A DNA stretch of 64,000 nucleotides from Eledone cirrhosa. Its lineage: Eukaryota. The number at the start of each line of letters is the position of its first letter. Position 1 is the stretch's first letter. Below the pieces are notes generated by a model. It was not told the origin of the DNA. It made no database searches and worked only from the letters and a program-made list of their open reading frames with translations. A program made the translations under genes and the position numbers. Of the stretch, positions 1-14,084 are shown piece after piece. The stretch is taken from assembly GCA_964016885.1 (NCBI GenBank), contig OZ024740.1, positions 103,416,001 through 103,480,000 on the forward strand. Reading direction: 5' to 3'.

Positions 1-699
1 TAATTAATAATTGTGCATATGCATGGTTGTTAACTCTTAACATTTAGCTGAAAATATTTAAAATACGGGTTTGTTAATGCAAATGTTTATAGTATATTCA
101 TTGTGAAAATTTGTAATATTAGAGTAAAGAAATTAATTTTTCATGTCATGCAGCCGTAGTGCTATTTTTTTGCTTTTTAAGACTCTCTTGCCCATGTGAT
201 TTCATTGGCTACAGGATATTGAGTTCATTTAAATTGTCTTTATATTGTGAAAACCATTTTATCATTTTCATTGAACGACACTGCTTGTGGTTTTCAAATA
301 ATTTTGAAAATAATCAAGAATTTGGAGGGGTTTAACTAATTTTCTCATTAAGCAGATGTTTGGTACAATGGTTACTGCAATAAAACTATACTTGAAAGAT
401 TTTTTCAGATAATATAAACAGTTTTGTATTATGAACCAGGGTTGATTACAGGTGATCTGGTACCAAAAGGATTAAATATATCCTCTAGTTGAGTTCTACC
501 TGAACTTGTTACTTCTACCTTTATGTTTTGTCAACTGTTTGTTTTCCTGATATATTTTCAGAATGATGTATTCTGTTATTAAATATGTGTTTATTGTTTT
601 AAAAAGTGATATAAATGCTTTGAGGAAAGTAACCACAGTTGATATTCAGAAAAGAGTGACAATTTTATATGATGTACCCATTATAAACTAGTGATGGGT

Positions 700-1300
700 A
701 CATAAAGATTTAATGAGATCACAGGTAGGCTGTCAGGCAAGGTGGATTGCAAATGTACAGGAGTAGCTAAATTAGTAAGAATACATAAGATAAATTCCTT
801 CAAATGTTCAGAGGTAGTTGATATTTTTTGTTAACTAGATGATCTAATTAGCTGTGGATGTAGTGAAATCATAGTTAGAACAAGAACAGGATAGAAAAAG
901 TCCAAGGAGCCAGTCTTGACTAGCAACAAAGGGTTTCTCTCAGATTCAAAGTAAGATTGTATGATGCCTATGTACAAAATGCTAAGCTGCATTGTAGTGA
1001 GACATGGGTCTTCAATATGGAGGATTTGCAAAAGTTGGAAAGAAATTAGGCAAACTTGCTCCACTGTATCGTTAATGATGGAGCACAAATGAACTCAGAA
1101 GAATCAGATAGATTATGCTGATGCAGGTGTGTGATCCTTATGGAGGATACTAGTTCTATAAAGAAGTACTGGGCACTGAAAGTGGATGGAATCTGTAGAT
1201 GACCTGGTACAAAATGGTGAAAACTAATCTCAAGATACCAAGCCTGACAAAAGAGTGGAAAGCACCTGCCCAACCCATGCATACATGGAAAAATGGACAT
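700..1300 (+). mobile_element. Old, heavily decayed RTE LINE 3' fragment
   Basis: Degenerate similarity to the RTE C-terminal coding region seen elsewhere in the window (…gtagttgatattttttgttaactagatgatctaattag…agaacaggatagaaaaag). Ends in an RTE-like tail (aacccatgc…catggaaaaatggacataaaatga). No open ORF. Confidence 0.55.
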
Positions 1301-1945
1301 AAAATGAATATAAGTGATTGAGATATATATTTTCTCCATTGGATCTGTTCAGTCCTTCCCCTTATAACATCACATTTCTTTATTGCTCGTCATAACTCTG
1401 TTTCACTCTTTACCCCCTCTCCTATCACTCATTGACATTTATTCCTCACACTCTCTTACTATATTTATGCTGTCCATCTCTCTCTGGTCTTTCATCAACC
1501 TCTTATATCAGTCAGGGATGAGTCAACTCTGATACTGTTGAGCAATGAATGGAGACAATCTACAGGAGAGAGAACTGAGGACATAAAAACTTATCTAATG
1601 ATGTTGCAATAAAATTCATTCAGTACATTGTAAAATAATTGGTGATAAAAAGGGCATCTAATGTAATGTATAAGCAAATTACAGTTCCCAACCCCTTCTA
1701 GGAATACAATAACTTTGTATAAAAACTTAATCAATAACGACCTATGCCAGCATAGAAAATAAACAAACAGTGATGATGATGATTTATAAGTATTTACTTA
1801 CACTTGCACACCTGTGCTGGTGATATATATAATAGTAAATAAAATAACTTTTTCATGTCTACTATAATAGAATTTGTGGCTGTGTAAGACGTGTGTGTAT
1901 CATCATCATCATTTAACGTCCATCTTCCACTCTAGCATGGGTGTT

Positions 1946-1993
<48 letters not shown>

Positions 1994-3341
1994 CACACAC
2001 ACACACTATATACTTAATCATTTTTGAGGTAGCTTGTCATATTAGCATTAAATTTACATGGAATTTTTAACTAGATTATCATACACATCCATATAACCAT
2101 AATGAACCTTACATGTTTGTTTAGCTATAGACATAAATATCTATATAGATTTCGCATGCACACATACATACTTTTTAGTATAGACCTGACATATATGCAT
2201 ATATACAGAGATTGCAGTGTGATCAGTGTATATAAAATAGATGTATGAAATCATCAACATGGTCAAGCATAAGACAACTAACTACTTCTGTGTTGTTGGT
2301 GGGGAAGCAGTTAGTGAAATATTTCACTTATGTAGTCACAGAGTTTATATTTGTAGGGTGGAGTTGTGTAATGAGTTATATATAGCAGCACATAGAGGGT
2401 ATGTATAACTTGGCCTGGTTTAATTATTAGTTAACCACCACCCTCCTATATAATCTTATTCTTTCCTCCACTCAGTACTAAACAATCCTTTTTTGCGCAC
2501 ATATTTCATTCCACAGACAAATTCTTTGATTTACTTTTACAATTCATCACACATTTACTATATTTCATGGCAATTTTTTTTTTTAAGGTGGAGATGGGGT
2601 GGACAACTAGAGACTGAGCTGAGGGTGATGGTTTGTCAATTAGGTAAACTGATGCTAGGCAGAACTAGGATGTATTTTGCCCAATTGTCAATGCTTAGTC
2701 AAGAAAACTCTTGGGTTGAAACAAACTCCTCAGTGTTAGTGATCTACACAATAAACCTATCCAGTACACTCTGTAAAAATGTGTGGCGGGGGGCGAGGGG
2801 TATTTGTTGCCCCTTCATTTACACAATGTGCTTTCCCTTTCTTTGACCCCATCCCCAGTGACCTACTTCTGACCCCCTGATTCATTGTTATATAACTGGT
2901 ATATGGGTCATAAATTATCGAGATATACCTGGTGTACTTTACTGTTATATACATATTGTTGATAACATATGACAGTTTAACCTGTCTCTTTCAAACACAC
3001 CCCACACAATTACTCTCTAGGTTTTTATCTATTACAATTGTAGATATCACCTGCCAGACAACTTTAGCTAAATTGCATCTCATTTGGTCATTTTGTTTTT
3101 GTTTAACAATTTTGCTAGTTGCTGTCTCCTTGTTGTTTTGTCTTGTTTTATTTTAAATTAGTTGAAGGTGAGTAGGGGTATCCGTAACCATTGAAAGCCA
3201 TCCGAGACTGATGATCTCTGTTGTTGTATTCAATGCAGTCTACTTTGCCATATTTTTAATGCCCCACTACCTTCATGCATCACCTAAAAGCAAACATCCC
3301 AGAAAATACCTAAACTTTCTTCTGGCCCTTTGGACCCATAA

Positions 3342-3492
3342 CCCTTTAGCATATACATGGTAAACACTTTATCTCACATAATATCGATATTTATTTTGAG
3401 AACAATACCTTAACATAAGTATAAGCAGCCAGTTTGTACAGAAAGAGGTGGGAGAATTCTGGCTGGATACAGCCAGTTTAAATGCTAAAGGG
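3342..3492. mobile_element. Short MITE with piggyBac-like ends
   Basis: Terminal inverted repeats CCCTTTAGCAT / ATGCTAAAGGG, flanked by ATAA and TTAA. Confidence 0.5.
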
Positions 3493-5515
3493 TTAAAGAG
3501 TAGTGTTTAGCTCGTTTTATGACTTTGAGATGTCGAGATAAATCTCTCCATAGATGAGAAGCCAGTCAGTTCATAACACCCTTTATAGCCATATACAACC
3601 TCAATTAAATGCCTGCAAATTATTTGAAGTCATGAGTTATTTATAGAATTGCTGATATCATAAGAAAATGCACCTAGTACACAGTATACAATGGTAGTGC
3701 TAGTACTATGAGAAAACCAACCAATTACATGCCTGAAGTGGTTGGCATTAGGAAGAGCATCTAGTATAAACCATGCCAAAATGGAACATATGAGCAAGCG
3801 TCACCTGACTTATCTGTCTAGTCTCAGAATATAACCTATCTACCTACACAAGCATGGAAAATAGACTTTAAACAGTGAAACTGGTGATGATTATGATATT
3901 ATCCTTGTTTGATCATTTATGTACTATATATATATCATTTTTCCATTTTCTTCCTTTGCCCTTTTCTCCCTATCACTTCTCTGGACCAACACTTCTAGCT
4001 ATTTATTCCTGTCGTTTGAGGTAAGATTTTACCTGACTCTGTCGTTGACGGCATTTTGCTGTTTTGGCAGCTATCCTTGTGTTAAATTTTTCTCATTATT
4101 CTATAAATTATAATACACTCGCGCCTCAACTTGATTGCCAAGAAAACTTTCTTTATATACTTCGTTTTTTGAATTTGTTTTGCAAGATTTATCTGATATT
4201 ACCTACTTAATGATTTTAAGTAAAGCAATAATATGTACATATATTCTCTCTCATCTATTACTCCCTCCCTTTACCTATCCCTTCTCACCACACTCATATT
4301 CATACATCTCTTTTTCCTCACTTGGTCACCTCTACTTTTCCATTCTCATTCAGTTATTTTTGTCTTGAGTCAAAGACAATGTATGATAGAAAGGGCTCTT
4401 CAAACTATTCACAGATGTGGCAACTTCTCTTATGTTATTGCTATGATAAGATGACCCCAGTACACTTTGTAATGTGATTGGTTTTAGGAAGGGCATCCAA
4501 CTAAAAATTATGTACAAAAGGGATGTATCAGCAAAAGGCATTACACCAAGCAGTATATTCTGAATAAAAACTCAGTTCATATCAACACATCCATCCTGTG
4601 TTGATATGGAAAGTTGGACATAAAATGGGAATATACATGTGTGCATATACATATAATGTGCATGGATGGTGATTATTAGGTGAAGAAGTGCCGGGAGTAC
4701 CAGGTGATCTCAGGGTACTGTATTTCACATGTACTAAAGAGGACTTATCTAAACTATGCAAACATGGGAAAACAGGTGTAAAGCGAGTGCTCAGGTGCAC
4801 TACAACTCATCAGAAAAAGGTAGCCAGAAGTGCATATATAGTACATAGAATAATGTACAAAAGTCAGGAAAGTGAACAGTATATGGGTCTTGATACACAC
4901 CAGAGAGGGAGAATATCAGGTGTAGTGTTGGCAAATTTCGGGAAGCATGGAAGTTTTGAAGGATTCAGTGTTCTGATAGCTAACAACTGAGGCAGGTGGT
5001 TTGTTCCATGCTTCAGCAACTTTGAGCGTGGAAATATGTTTTCAAAAGTCATGAGAGCTGTACTTTTTTCTGATTTAGTAAGCATGTCCACATGTGTTAG
5101 ACATATGGAATTCAAAAAGGTACCCAAGATTGTTGTTGGAAAGATGGCTAATAATTTTGTGGTTGTCTACCAAGTCAGTTGCCAGACATCAGAGCTTTAA
5201 TGTAGCCATGCCCAGGGAAACAAGGTGTTCAGACTGGGTGATATGTTGTCCTCGAGCAAGAACCTTTATTTCACGTTGCTCCAGGAATGAGTTGTAACGT
5301 GACTGGTGTCAAGCTGTATCAGCCATTACCTGGACATCATTGGTGACGTGGAGAGGGGAGGCTAGTCTTCCACAAACAACTTTGCCTGGACTTGTGCTTC
5401 AGAGGGAGACTTTCTAAGTGCAAATCCCAGGTTCATTCGTGACCGAAGGGAGTCTAGGAAGTGTATATGTATATATAAATATATTGTATATGAATATATA
5501 TATATATTGTATATC

Positions 5516-5552
<37 letters not shown>

Positions 5553-5558
5553 TGTATA

Positions 5559-5593
<35 letters not shown>

Positions 5594-5860
5594 CATAAAA
5601 CATGTCTATAGAATCACAAGATAAAATATATACCATTTCCTCTCCCAATTAGCATAATTAACTATATAAAAAATCGAATAGACCAGGCTATAAGAATGAG
5701 GCTTCTATGAAGAAATCTCCGACAAATAACCGAAACTAGCCCTTTGCGTCGGCTGCAACGGAATATTTATCGAATATTTCGACAGCATAATCGCCCAGAT
5801 ACAGTCAATTAAACAGAATTAGGTGTAAAATAAACTAGGAGAAAATAGAATACATTTAAA

Positions 5861-5949
5861 TACCTCTACCATGGTTTCATCCGCATTTTGAGATTTCCAA
5901 TAATTATGTAATAATTATGTCACTCGAGCACCGGATTCATCAGGAAGTT
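5861..5949 (-). ncRNA. Type I hammerhead ribozyme in a Penelope-like pLTR/retrozyme fragment (about 5595-6150)
   Basis: Minus strand reads ACTTC-CTGATGA-ATCCG…CGGAT-GAAA-CCATGG-TA-GAGGT. The core is intact, stems I and II pair, and the short stem III is palindromic. Confidence 0.75.
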
Positions 5950-6266
5950 TGCTCTGATCTAGACACTAAAATTTTCCAAAGTGATCGCGCCAAGAATTCA
6001 TTCAAAATGGCTATGAATCGTGACGTAGTCGCGGTCAGGTTGGAAGGGGTGTGGTAGTTGCTTACGGCTGGTGGCTTTTTTGCTAGAAAGCACAGCACAA
6101 TACAGCCAAATTTGTGTCTCAACCTAATGGGAGATTATTACATATAAAAGTTTACATATATACATATACAATGTATATATATGTAAACTTTTATATATAT
6201 ATATATTGTATGTGTGTATATATATATATATATATTGTATGTGTGTATATATATATATATATATAT

Positions 6267-6299
<33 letters not shown>

Positions 6300-6565
6300 T
6301 GTGTGTGTATATATATATATATATTGTATGTGTGTGTATATATATTGTATGTGTGTTTATATATATATTGTATGCGTGTATATATATATTGTATATGTGT
6401 GTATATATATATTGTATGTGTGTATATATATTGTATATGTGTGTATATATATATATATTGTATATGTGTATATATATATTGTATATGTGTATATATATAT
6501 AGATTGTGTATATATATATATATATTGTATATGTGTGTGTATATATATATATATATTGTATATAT

Positions 6566-7014
6566 CATCATCATCATCGTTTAACGTCCATCTTCCACGT
6601 TAGCATGGTTTTGGACGGGAGTTTTTCCACTTGAGGCAAGAGTGGTTGTCTTGCTCGCATAGGACTGTCTGGCGGGTTTTCTACGGCTGGATGCCCTTCC
6701 TAACACCGACCACGTTTACAGTGTGGACTGGGAGGTTTTTACCGTGTTACCTACACGGCCACATTACAGCGTGGACTGTGTGTTTTTTTGTCGTGACACC
6801 TACACGACCTCATTTGTTTCGGACTGGATGTTGTGGTACCAACATAACTTTACATTGAATGGGGTGGGGGTAGTGGGACGGGGGTGTATTTTTGTTAGAG
6901 GTGCCGACTGACTGTAGTAGGTTTCACTTTGTACTTAGGTAAGGCGTGTCTTCTGTATTACTGTGTAGTGCCAAAGATCTCGGTCCAGTGACATTGTCTT
7001 GGAGAGGTGTAAGT
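6566..7014 (-). mobile_element. 5'-truncated RTE LINE, family A (3' end)
   Basis: (CAT)n tail on the + strand. The 3'UTR matches the long copy at 39455-42981. Confidence 0.9.
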
Positions 7015-7123
7015 ATATATATATATATATATATATTGTATATGTATATATATATATGTATGTATATATATATATATATTGTGTATGTATATATATATAT
7101 ATATTGTATATATATATATATAT

Positions 7124-7163
<40 letters not shown>

Positions 7164-7462
7164 ATATATATATATATATATATATTGTATATGTATATAT
7201 ATATTGTATATGTATATATATATTGTATATATATATATATATATATATTGTATATGTATATATATATTGTATATGTATATATATATATTGTATATGTATA
7301 TATATGTATATATATATTGTATATGTATATATATATTGTATATGTATATATATATATATATATTGTATATGTATATATATATATATTGTATATATGTATA
7401 TATATATATATTGTATATATGTATATATATATATATTGTATATATGTATATATATATATTGT

Positions 7463-7770
7463 ATCATCATCATCATCGTTTAACGTCCGTGTTCCACGCT
7501 TGCATGGGTTTGGACGGGGGTTTTCCCACTTGAGGCAAGAGTGATTGTCTTGCTCGCATAGGACTGTCTGGCGGGTTTTCTACAGCTGGATGCCCTTCCT
7601 AACACCAACCACATTTACAGTGTGGGGCTGGGAGGTTTTTACCGTGTTGCCTACACGACAGTCCTATGCGAGCAAGACAATCACTCTTGCCTCAAGTGGG
7701 GTGGGACTACCCCCGTCCAAACCCATGCAAGCGTGGAACACGGACGTTAAACGTTGATGATGATGATGAT
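7463..7770. mobile_element. Two RTE family A 3' ends joined head-to-head
   Basis: A minus copy (7463-7657) abuts a plus copy (about 7657-7770). Each ends in its own (ATG)n tail. Confidence 0.85.
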
Positions 7771-7977
7771 ATATATATATATTGTATATGTATATATATA
7801 TATATTGTATATGTATATATATATATATTGTATATATATATATATCGTATATGTATATATATATATATTGTATATATATGTATTGTATATGTATAGTATA
7901 TGTATATATATGTATAGTATATGTATATATATATTGTATATATATATATTGTATATATATATATTGTATATGGATAT

Positions 7978-8417
7978 CATCATCATCATCATCATCATCA
8001 TCAATGTTTAACGTCCGTGTTCCACGCTTGCATGGGTTTGGACGGGGGTAGTCCCACTTGAAGCAAGAGTGATTGTCTTGCTCGCATAGGACTGTCTGGC
8101 TGGTTTTCTACAGTTGGATGCCCTTCCTAACACCAACCACATTTACAGTGTGGGTCTGGGAGGTTTTTACCGTGTTGCCTACACGGCCACATTACAGCGT
8201 GGACTGTGTTTTTTTGTCGTGACACCTACACGATCTCATTTGTTTCGGCCTGGATGGCGCGGCACCAACATAACTTTACATAGAACAGGATGGGGTGGGG
8301 GTGGTGGTGGTGGGACGGGGTGTATTTTGTTAGAGATGCCTACTGGCTGGAGTAGGTTTTACTATATATATTTAGGTAAGGCGGGTCTTCTCTGTTACTG
8401 AGTACCGCCAAAGGTCT
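7978..8417 (-). mobile_element. 5'-truncated RTE LINE, family A
   Basis: (CAT)n tail, the full 3'UTR and the last codons of the ORF. Confidence 0.9.
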
Positions 8418-8601
8418 ATATATATATTGTATATGGATATATATATATATATATATTGTATATGGATATATATATATATATTGTATATGGATATATATAT
8501 ATATATTGTATATGGATATATATATATATATTGTATATGGATATATATATATATATTGTATATGTATATATATATATTGTATATGTATATATATTGTATA
8601 T

Positions 8602-10593
8602 CAAAATCATCATTTTATGTCCGCTTTTCCCTGCTTGCAAGGGTGGGACGGGTCTTATTCAGCATCTCTCCATTTGTCACGGTCCTTCGTCATCTCCACC
8701 GTGAGCTTCAGCAATCTGAAGTCTGTTCTCACCACCTCTGCCCATGTTTTTCGTGGTCTACCTCTACCACGTCTTCCTTCAACTGGCATTTCCTGGCACT
8801 TCTTTACCCATCGGTCATCCTCCATGCGCATCACATGTCCATATCACCGCAGTCACCTCTCTCGCACACTACATTCTATCCCTCTCAGACACAGTTTCTC
8901 TCTCAACACATCCATGCTTGGAGGACTATAATGAACAAGAGCAGGCTGAGGACCGAACCTTGATGTACTCCTACTGGTATCTGGAATTCCTCACTAAACT
9001 TCATTCCTACCCTGTCCTAACTGACAGCACCTCTGTACAAAGTTTGCACTGTCCTCACAAGCCATTCCTCAACACCTAGTTTCCTTAGGGACCACCAGAT
9101 GACAGATCGGGGTACCCTATGAAAGGCCTTCTCTAGGTCAACAAAGGCTAAGTATAGTGGCTTATTCTTCTCTAAGAACCTATCTTGTAATTGTCTCACC
9201 AAGAAGAGGGCATCTGTTGTACTTTTCCCAAGCACAAAACCAAATTGCATCTCATCTAGTTTGACCCTTTCTCTAATTAGTTGTGCTAATATCCTTTCTG
9301 CCACTTTCATAATCTGATCCATCAGTTTTATACCCCTATAATTGCTCCTCTTCAGAGCATCCCCTTTACCTTTGTAGCAATTTATGAGAATGCTGCTGCA
9401 CCAGTCTTTGAGTATGACACCACCATATATAGCCTGATTGATGATGTGTGCAACCAGTTTAGTGCCTAGATCCTCTGATGCCTTCAGCATCTCAGCAACT
9501 ATCCCCGGCGGTCCAGCAACCTTACCATTTTTTATTTCCTTAATCGCCTCTTGGACCCTATATTCGTCAATCTCATAGCTGGTCCCTCTGTCGGATCTAC
9601 TGAGGGTAATTTCTCTCTCTCCCATTTCTTCTCCATATTCATCAGTCTCTCATAATCACATTTCCAGGCCTCTTTTTTCTGATCATTCATGACACTAAGT
9701 ACACTGGCATCATTCCGGACACATTTATCCAACAACATCCTGATTTTCATTGACACACTGCCTTGCAATATGGAACACCGCATGCCTCTGATCTTCCCGT
9801 CGCAGAACATTGGTAAACCTCCTACTCTCAGTCTCCCTGCGTGCTAACTACACTTGACATCTAGCTTCTCTCTTAGTGGCTCTATATCCTTCTCTTCTCC
9901 CACCCTTTTTCCAACCCTTCCATGCTAGTCTTTTGTCTCTAATGGCCCTATCTACTGTGCTCTTCCACCACCAGGTCACTCTCTGTCTGGTTGGAGCTCT
10001 GCTCCAGCCACAAGTTTCATCAGTAGCCTGCAGTAAGTTGTCGCATAAGAAATTCCAGTTATTATCTATGTCATACGACTCTAAATCGTCTTCTTTTTCG
10101 TCATACACATCTTGAAGGGCGTTCCTAAATTTGTATTTTAGTGAAAGGTCTTTTAGCTTCCAGACCTTTCTTCTCCACACCTTCCTGTATGTCTCATTCC
10201 ATCCCTTGCTTACTGAAATATCAGTCACGACTAACCTATGCTGTGTGGTACATTCTTCTCCAGGGTATGCCTTGGTATTTGACACCATCTGCCTGTCCCG
10301 CTGCCTAACTAGTAAGAAGTCAATCTGGCTTATGTGCTCGCCTGATTTGTAGGTTATTAGGTGGTTAGCAGGTTTCTGGAAGTTAGTGTTGCAAATAGTC
10401 AGTGTACTTGCATCACAAAATTCAAGTAGTGTCATTCCTTCTTCATTTCTTGAGCCGTAACCGTGCCCACCATGTACCCCAATGTAACCATCCTAGAGCT
10501 GTCCAACGTTTCCATTGCCTAGCATAACAATGTCTCCATCCTCTGTCATTGTGGCTGTTTGTAAAAGTTGTTCGTAAAAGCAGTCTACCTAGG
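8602..10593 (-). pseudogene. RTE LINE family B, internally deleted and frameshifted (APE/RT fragments)
   Basis: ORF pieces 9017-9625 (NYRGIKL, QFGF, FVDLEKAF) and 9848-10435 (SQIDF, TWWW). Short 3'UTR ending cccgtcccacccttgcaagcagggaaaagcggac. Confidence 0.9.
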
Positions 10594-10619
10594 TATATGT
10601 ATATATATATATTGTATAT

Positions 10620-10808
10620 GTGGATTCGCAGTATCGGTAGAGGGTCGGACACCAATGCTTTGCAGCAAAGAGTTACGGCCCTTTATGGTTTGAGTTCAAA
10701 TCCCGCCGAGTTTAACTTTGCCTTTCATCCTTCCTTATGGGGTCGATAAAATGAAGTACCAGTGATACACTGGGATAATTGCCGGCCTTGTGCCAAAAAT
10801 AGAAACAA
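10620..10808 (+). mobile_element. tRNA-derived SINE with Deu/Nin-like central domain
   Basis: B-box-like GTTCAAATCCC followed by gcctttcatcct…gtcgataaaatgaagtaccag. Partial relatives at 23248-23365 (+) and about 53130-53230 (-). Confidence 0.7.
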
Positions 10809-10840
10809 TATATATATGTATTGTATATATATATATTGTA

Positions 10841-13800
10841 TCATCATCATCATTTTACGTCCGCTTTTCCCTGCTTGCAAGGGTGGGACGGGTCTTATTC
10901 AGCACAGCATCTCTCCACTCGTCACAGTCCTTCGTCATCTCCACCCGTCACGGTCCTTCGTCATCTCCACCGTGAGCTTCAACGATCTGAGGTCTGTTCT
11001 CACCACCTCCGCCCATGTTTTTCGTGGTCTACCTGTACCACGTCTTCCTTCAACTGGCATTTCCTGGCACTTCTTCACCCATCGGTCATCCTCCATGCGC
11101 ATCACATGTCCATACCACCTCAGTCTCCTCTCCCGTACACTATATTCTATCCCTCTCAGACACAATTTCTCTCTCAACACATTCATGCTGGGTCGTTCAT
11201 GCACATTGACACTGCACATCCAACGGAGCATGCTTGCCTCATTTCTCTCCAGCCATCGCATATCCTCTACAGTTGCTGCCCATGTCTCACTACCATGCAG
11301 CATCGCGCTCCTCACACAGACATCATACAACCGGCCTTTAGTATGCAAGGAGAAACCCTTCTTCGTCAGCAGAGGAAGCAGCTCCCTAAACTTCTTCCAA
11401 CCCATCCTTATTCTAGATACTATGGCCTCAGAACACCCTCCTCCCATGCTAATCTCATCTCCTAGGTACCGGAAGCTATCCACCACTTCTATAGCACCAG
11501 CCTGCATTTGAAAAATGTGTCCATCAATGCGACTTCTACTGTCTAATTTCCCTGTACATCTACTACATACATGTTTCTCCCTACCTGTTAGTTTGCCTGC
11601 TATCCCGCTACATCTCTTGTGTACCCAGGATCTGCATTGTGTGCATTTTATAGAATTTATGCCAGTTCCTTTTCTGCATATCGAACATAGTCATTTCCCT
11701 GACGGAATTAGAGTTTTGTCCTCTTTTCTACTTATCAACACTTTTGTCTTAGCTAGGTTCACTCTCAGTCCTCTTGCTTCCAAATGCTGTTTCCATAGCC
11801 AGAATTTATTCTCTAGCTCCTCTACTGATTCTGCTATAAGAACCAGATCGTCAGCATAGAGAAGTTCCCATGGACAGCCAGTCTTAAACACCTCTGTTAT
11901 GGCTTGGAGGACTATAATGAACAAGAGCGGGCTGAGGACCGAACCTTGATGTACTCCTACTTGTATCTGGAATTCCTCACTAAACTCCATTCCTACCCTG
12001 ACTTTACTGAGAGTACCTCTGTACAAAGTTTGCACTGTCCTCACAAGCCATTCCTCAACACCTAGCTTCCTTAGGGACCACCAGATGACAGATCGGGGTA
12101 CACTATCAAAGGCTAAGTATAATGGCTTATTCTTCTCTAAGAACCTCTCTTGTAATTGTCTCACCAAGAAGAGGGCATCTGTTGTACTCTTCCCAGGCAC
12201 AAAACCAAACTGCATCTCATCTAGTTTGACCCTTTCTCTAATTAGTTGTGCTAATATCCCTTCTGCCACTTTCATAACCTGATCCATTAGTTTTATACCC
12301 CTATAATTGCTCATCTCTAGAGCATCCCCTTTACCTTTGTAGCAATTTATGAGAATACTGCTGCACCAGTGTCTCATAATCACATTTCCAGGCCTCTTTT
12401 TTCTGATCATTCGTGACACTAAGTACACCGGCATCATCCCGGACACATTTATTTCCAACAACATCCTGATTTGCATTGACACACTGCCTTGCAATGTGGA
12501 ACACCGCACGCCTCTGATCTTCCCGTCGCAGAACATTGGCAAACCTCCTACTCTCAGTCTCCCTGCGTGCTAAGTACAGCTGACGTCTAGCTTCTCTCTT
12601 AGCGGCTGTATATTCTCCCCTACTCCCACCCTTTTTCCAAGCCTTCCATGCTAGTCTTTTGTCTCTAATGGCCTTATCTACTGTGCTGTTCCACCACCAG
12701 GTCACTCTCTGTCTGGTTGGAGCTCTGCTCCAACCACAAGTTTCATCAGTAGCTTGCAGTAAGTTGTCACGTAAGAAATTCCAGTTATTATCTATGTCAT
12801 ACGTCTCTAAATCGTCTTCTTTTTCGTCATATACATCTTGAAGGGCTTTCCTAAATTTGTATTTTAGTGAAAGGTCTTTTAGCTTCTAGACCTTTCTTCT
12901 CCACACCTTCCTGTATGTCTCATTCCATCTGTTGCTTACTGTGATATCACTAACGACTAACCTATGCTGTGTGGTACATTCTTCGCCAGGGTATGCCTTG
13001 GTATTAGACACTATCTGCCTGTCCTGCTGCCTAACTAGTAAGAAGTCAATCTGGCTTATGTGCTCGCCAGATTTGTAGGTTATTAGGTGATTGGCAGGTT
13101 ACTGGAAGTTTGTGTTGCAAATAGTCAGTGTACCTGCATCACAAAATTCAAGAAGTCTCACTCCTTCATTTCTTGAGCCATAACCGTGCCCACCATGTAC
13201 CCCAGTGTAACCATCCTGGAGCTGTCCAACATGACCATTGAAGTCTCCTGCTAGCATAATGATGTATCTGTCCTCTGTCATTGCAGTTGTTTGTAAAAGT
13301 TGCTCGTAAAAGCAGTCTTTCTCATATTTGCCTAGGCCTGGAGCATAGGCAGAGATGATTGTCAGTAGTCTCCTGCCTACAACTAATCTAAGCTTAATTA
13401 TTCGATTACTAACTCAAACTACCTCTATTGTCTTATTGATCCATCTCTCAGCCAGGAAAATGCCTACTCCCCCCTAAGCCATCATCCTTACCTACCCAGA
13501 AAAGCTTATAGCCAAGATGTTTGCCTACGACTAGTCTCACAGAGGCACCTCTCCATCTCACCTCTTGCACGCAGCACACATCCACATGCCTTCTCTCCAG
13601 CATCCCCGCTATTTCAGCAGATCTACCTCCGAGAGTACCAACATTAAGTGTTGCAACTCTGACATGCGACGTCTTCATACTTTGTTGTTGTTCCTATTTG
13701 TTGCCGTGCTGATAAGCGTTTTGGCATTGATACACTGGTTGGATGCCCTTCCTAACACCAGTGCCACTTTACAGCATGGACTGGGTGCTTTTATTTGTGC

Positions 13801-14054
13801 CACCAGCACTAGAGAGGATTCTTACTAGACCCTCTCTACCCCTCCATTTTACAGCATGGTCATAAAAAAAAAAAATCACTTATTGACACGACACACACAC
13901 ACACTCACACACCAACACTCATGCATACAAACCACAAACACACACGCTACTCACACACTAACACTCAATCATGCATACAAACACACACGCCACTCACACA
14001 CACATATATATATATTACCAGCAGTACTGATACAAAATCAAAATCATGTCAACT
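10841..14054 (-). pseudogene. RTE LINE family B, near full length, with internal deletion and frameshifts
   Basis: APE start (VATLNVGTL…VQEVRW, GDFNGH), RT (QGSVLSP, LYADD), PHD-like cysteine cluster, C-terminal RLRWYGHV…GRPRKTW, (CAT)n tail. Confidence 0.92.
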
Positions 14055-14084
14055 ATTGTATATATATATATATATATTGTATAT

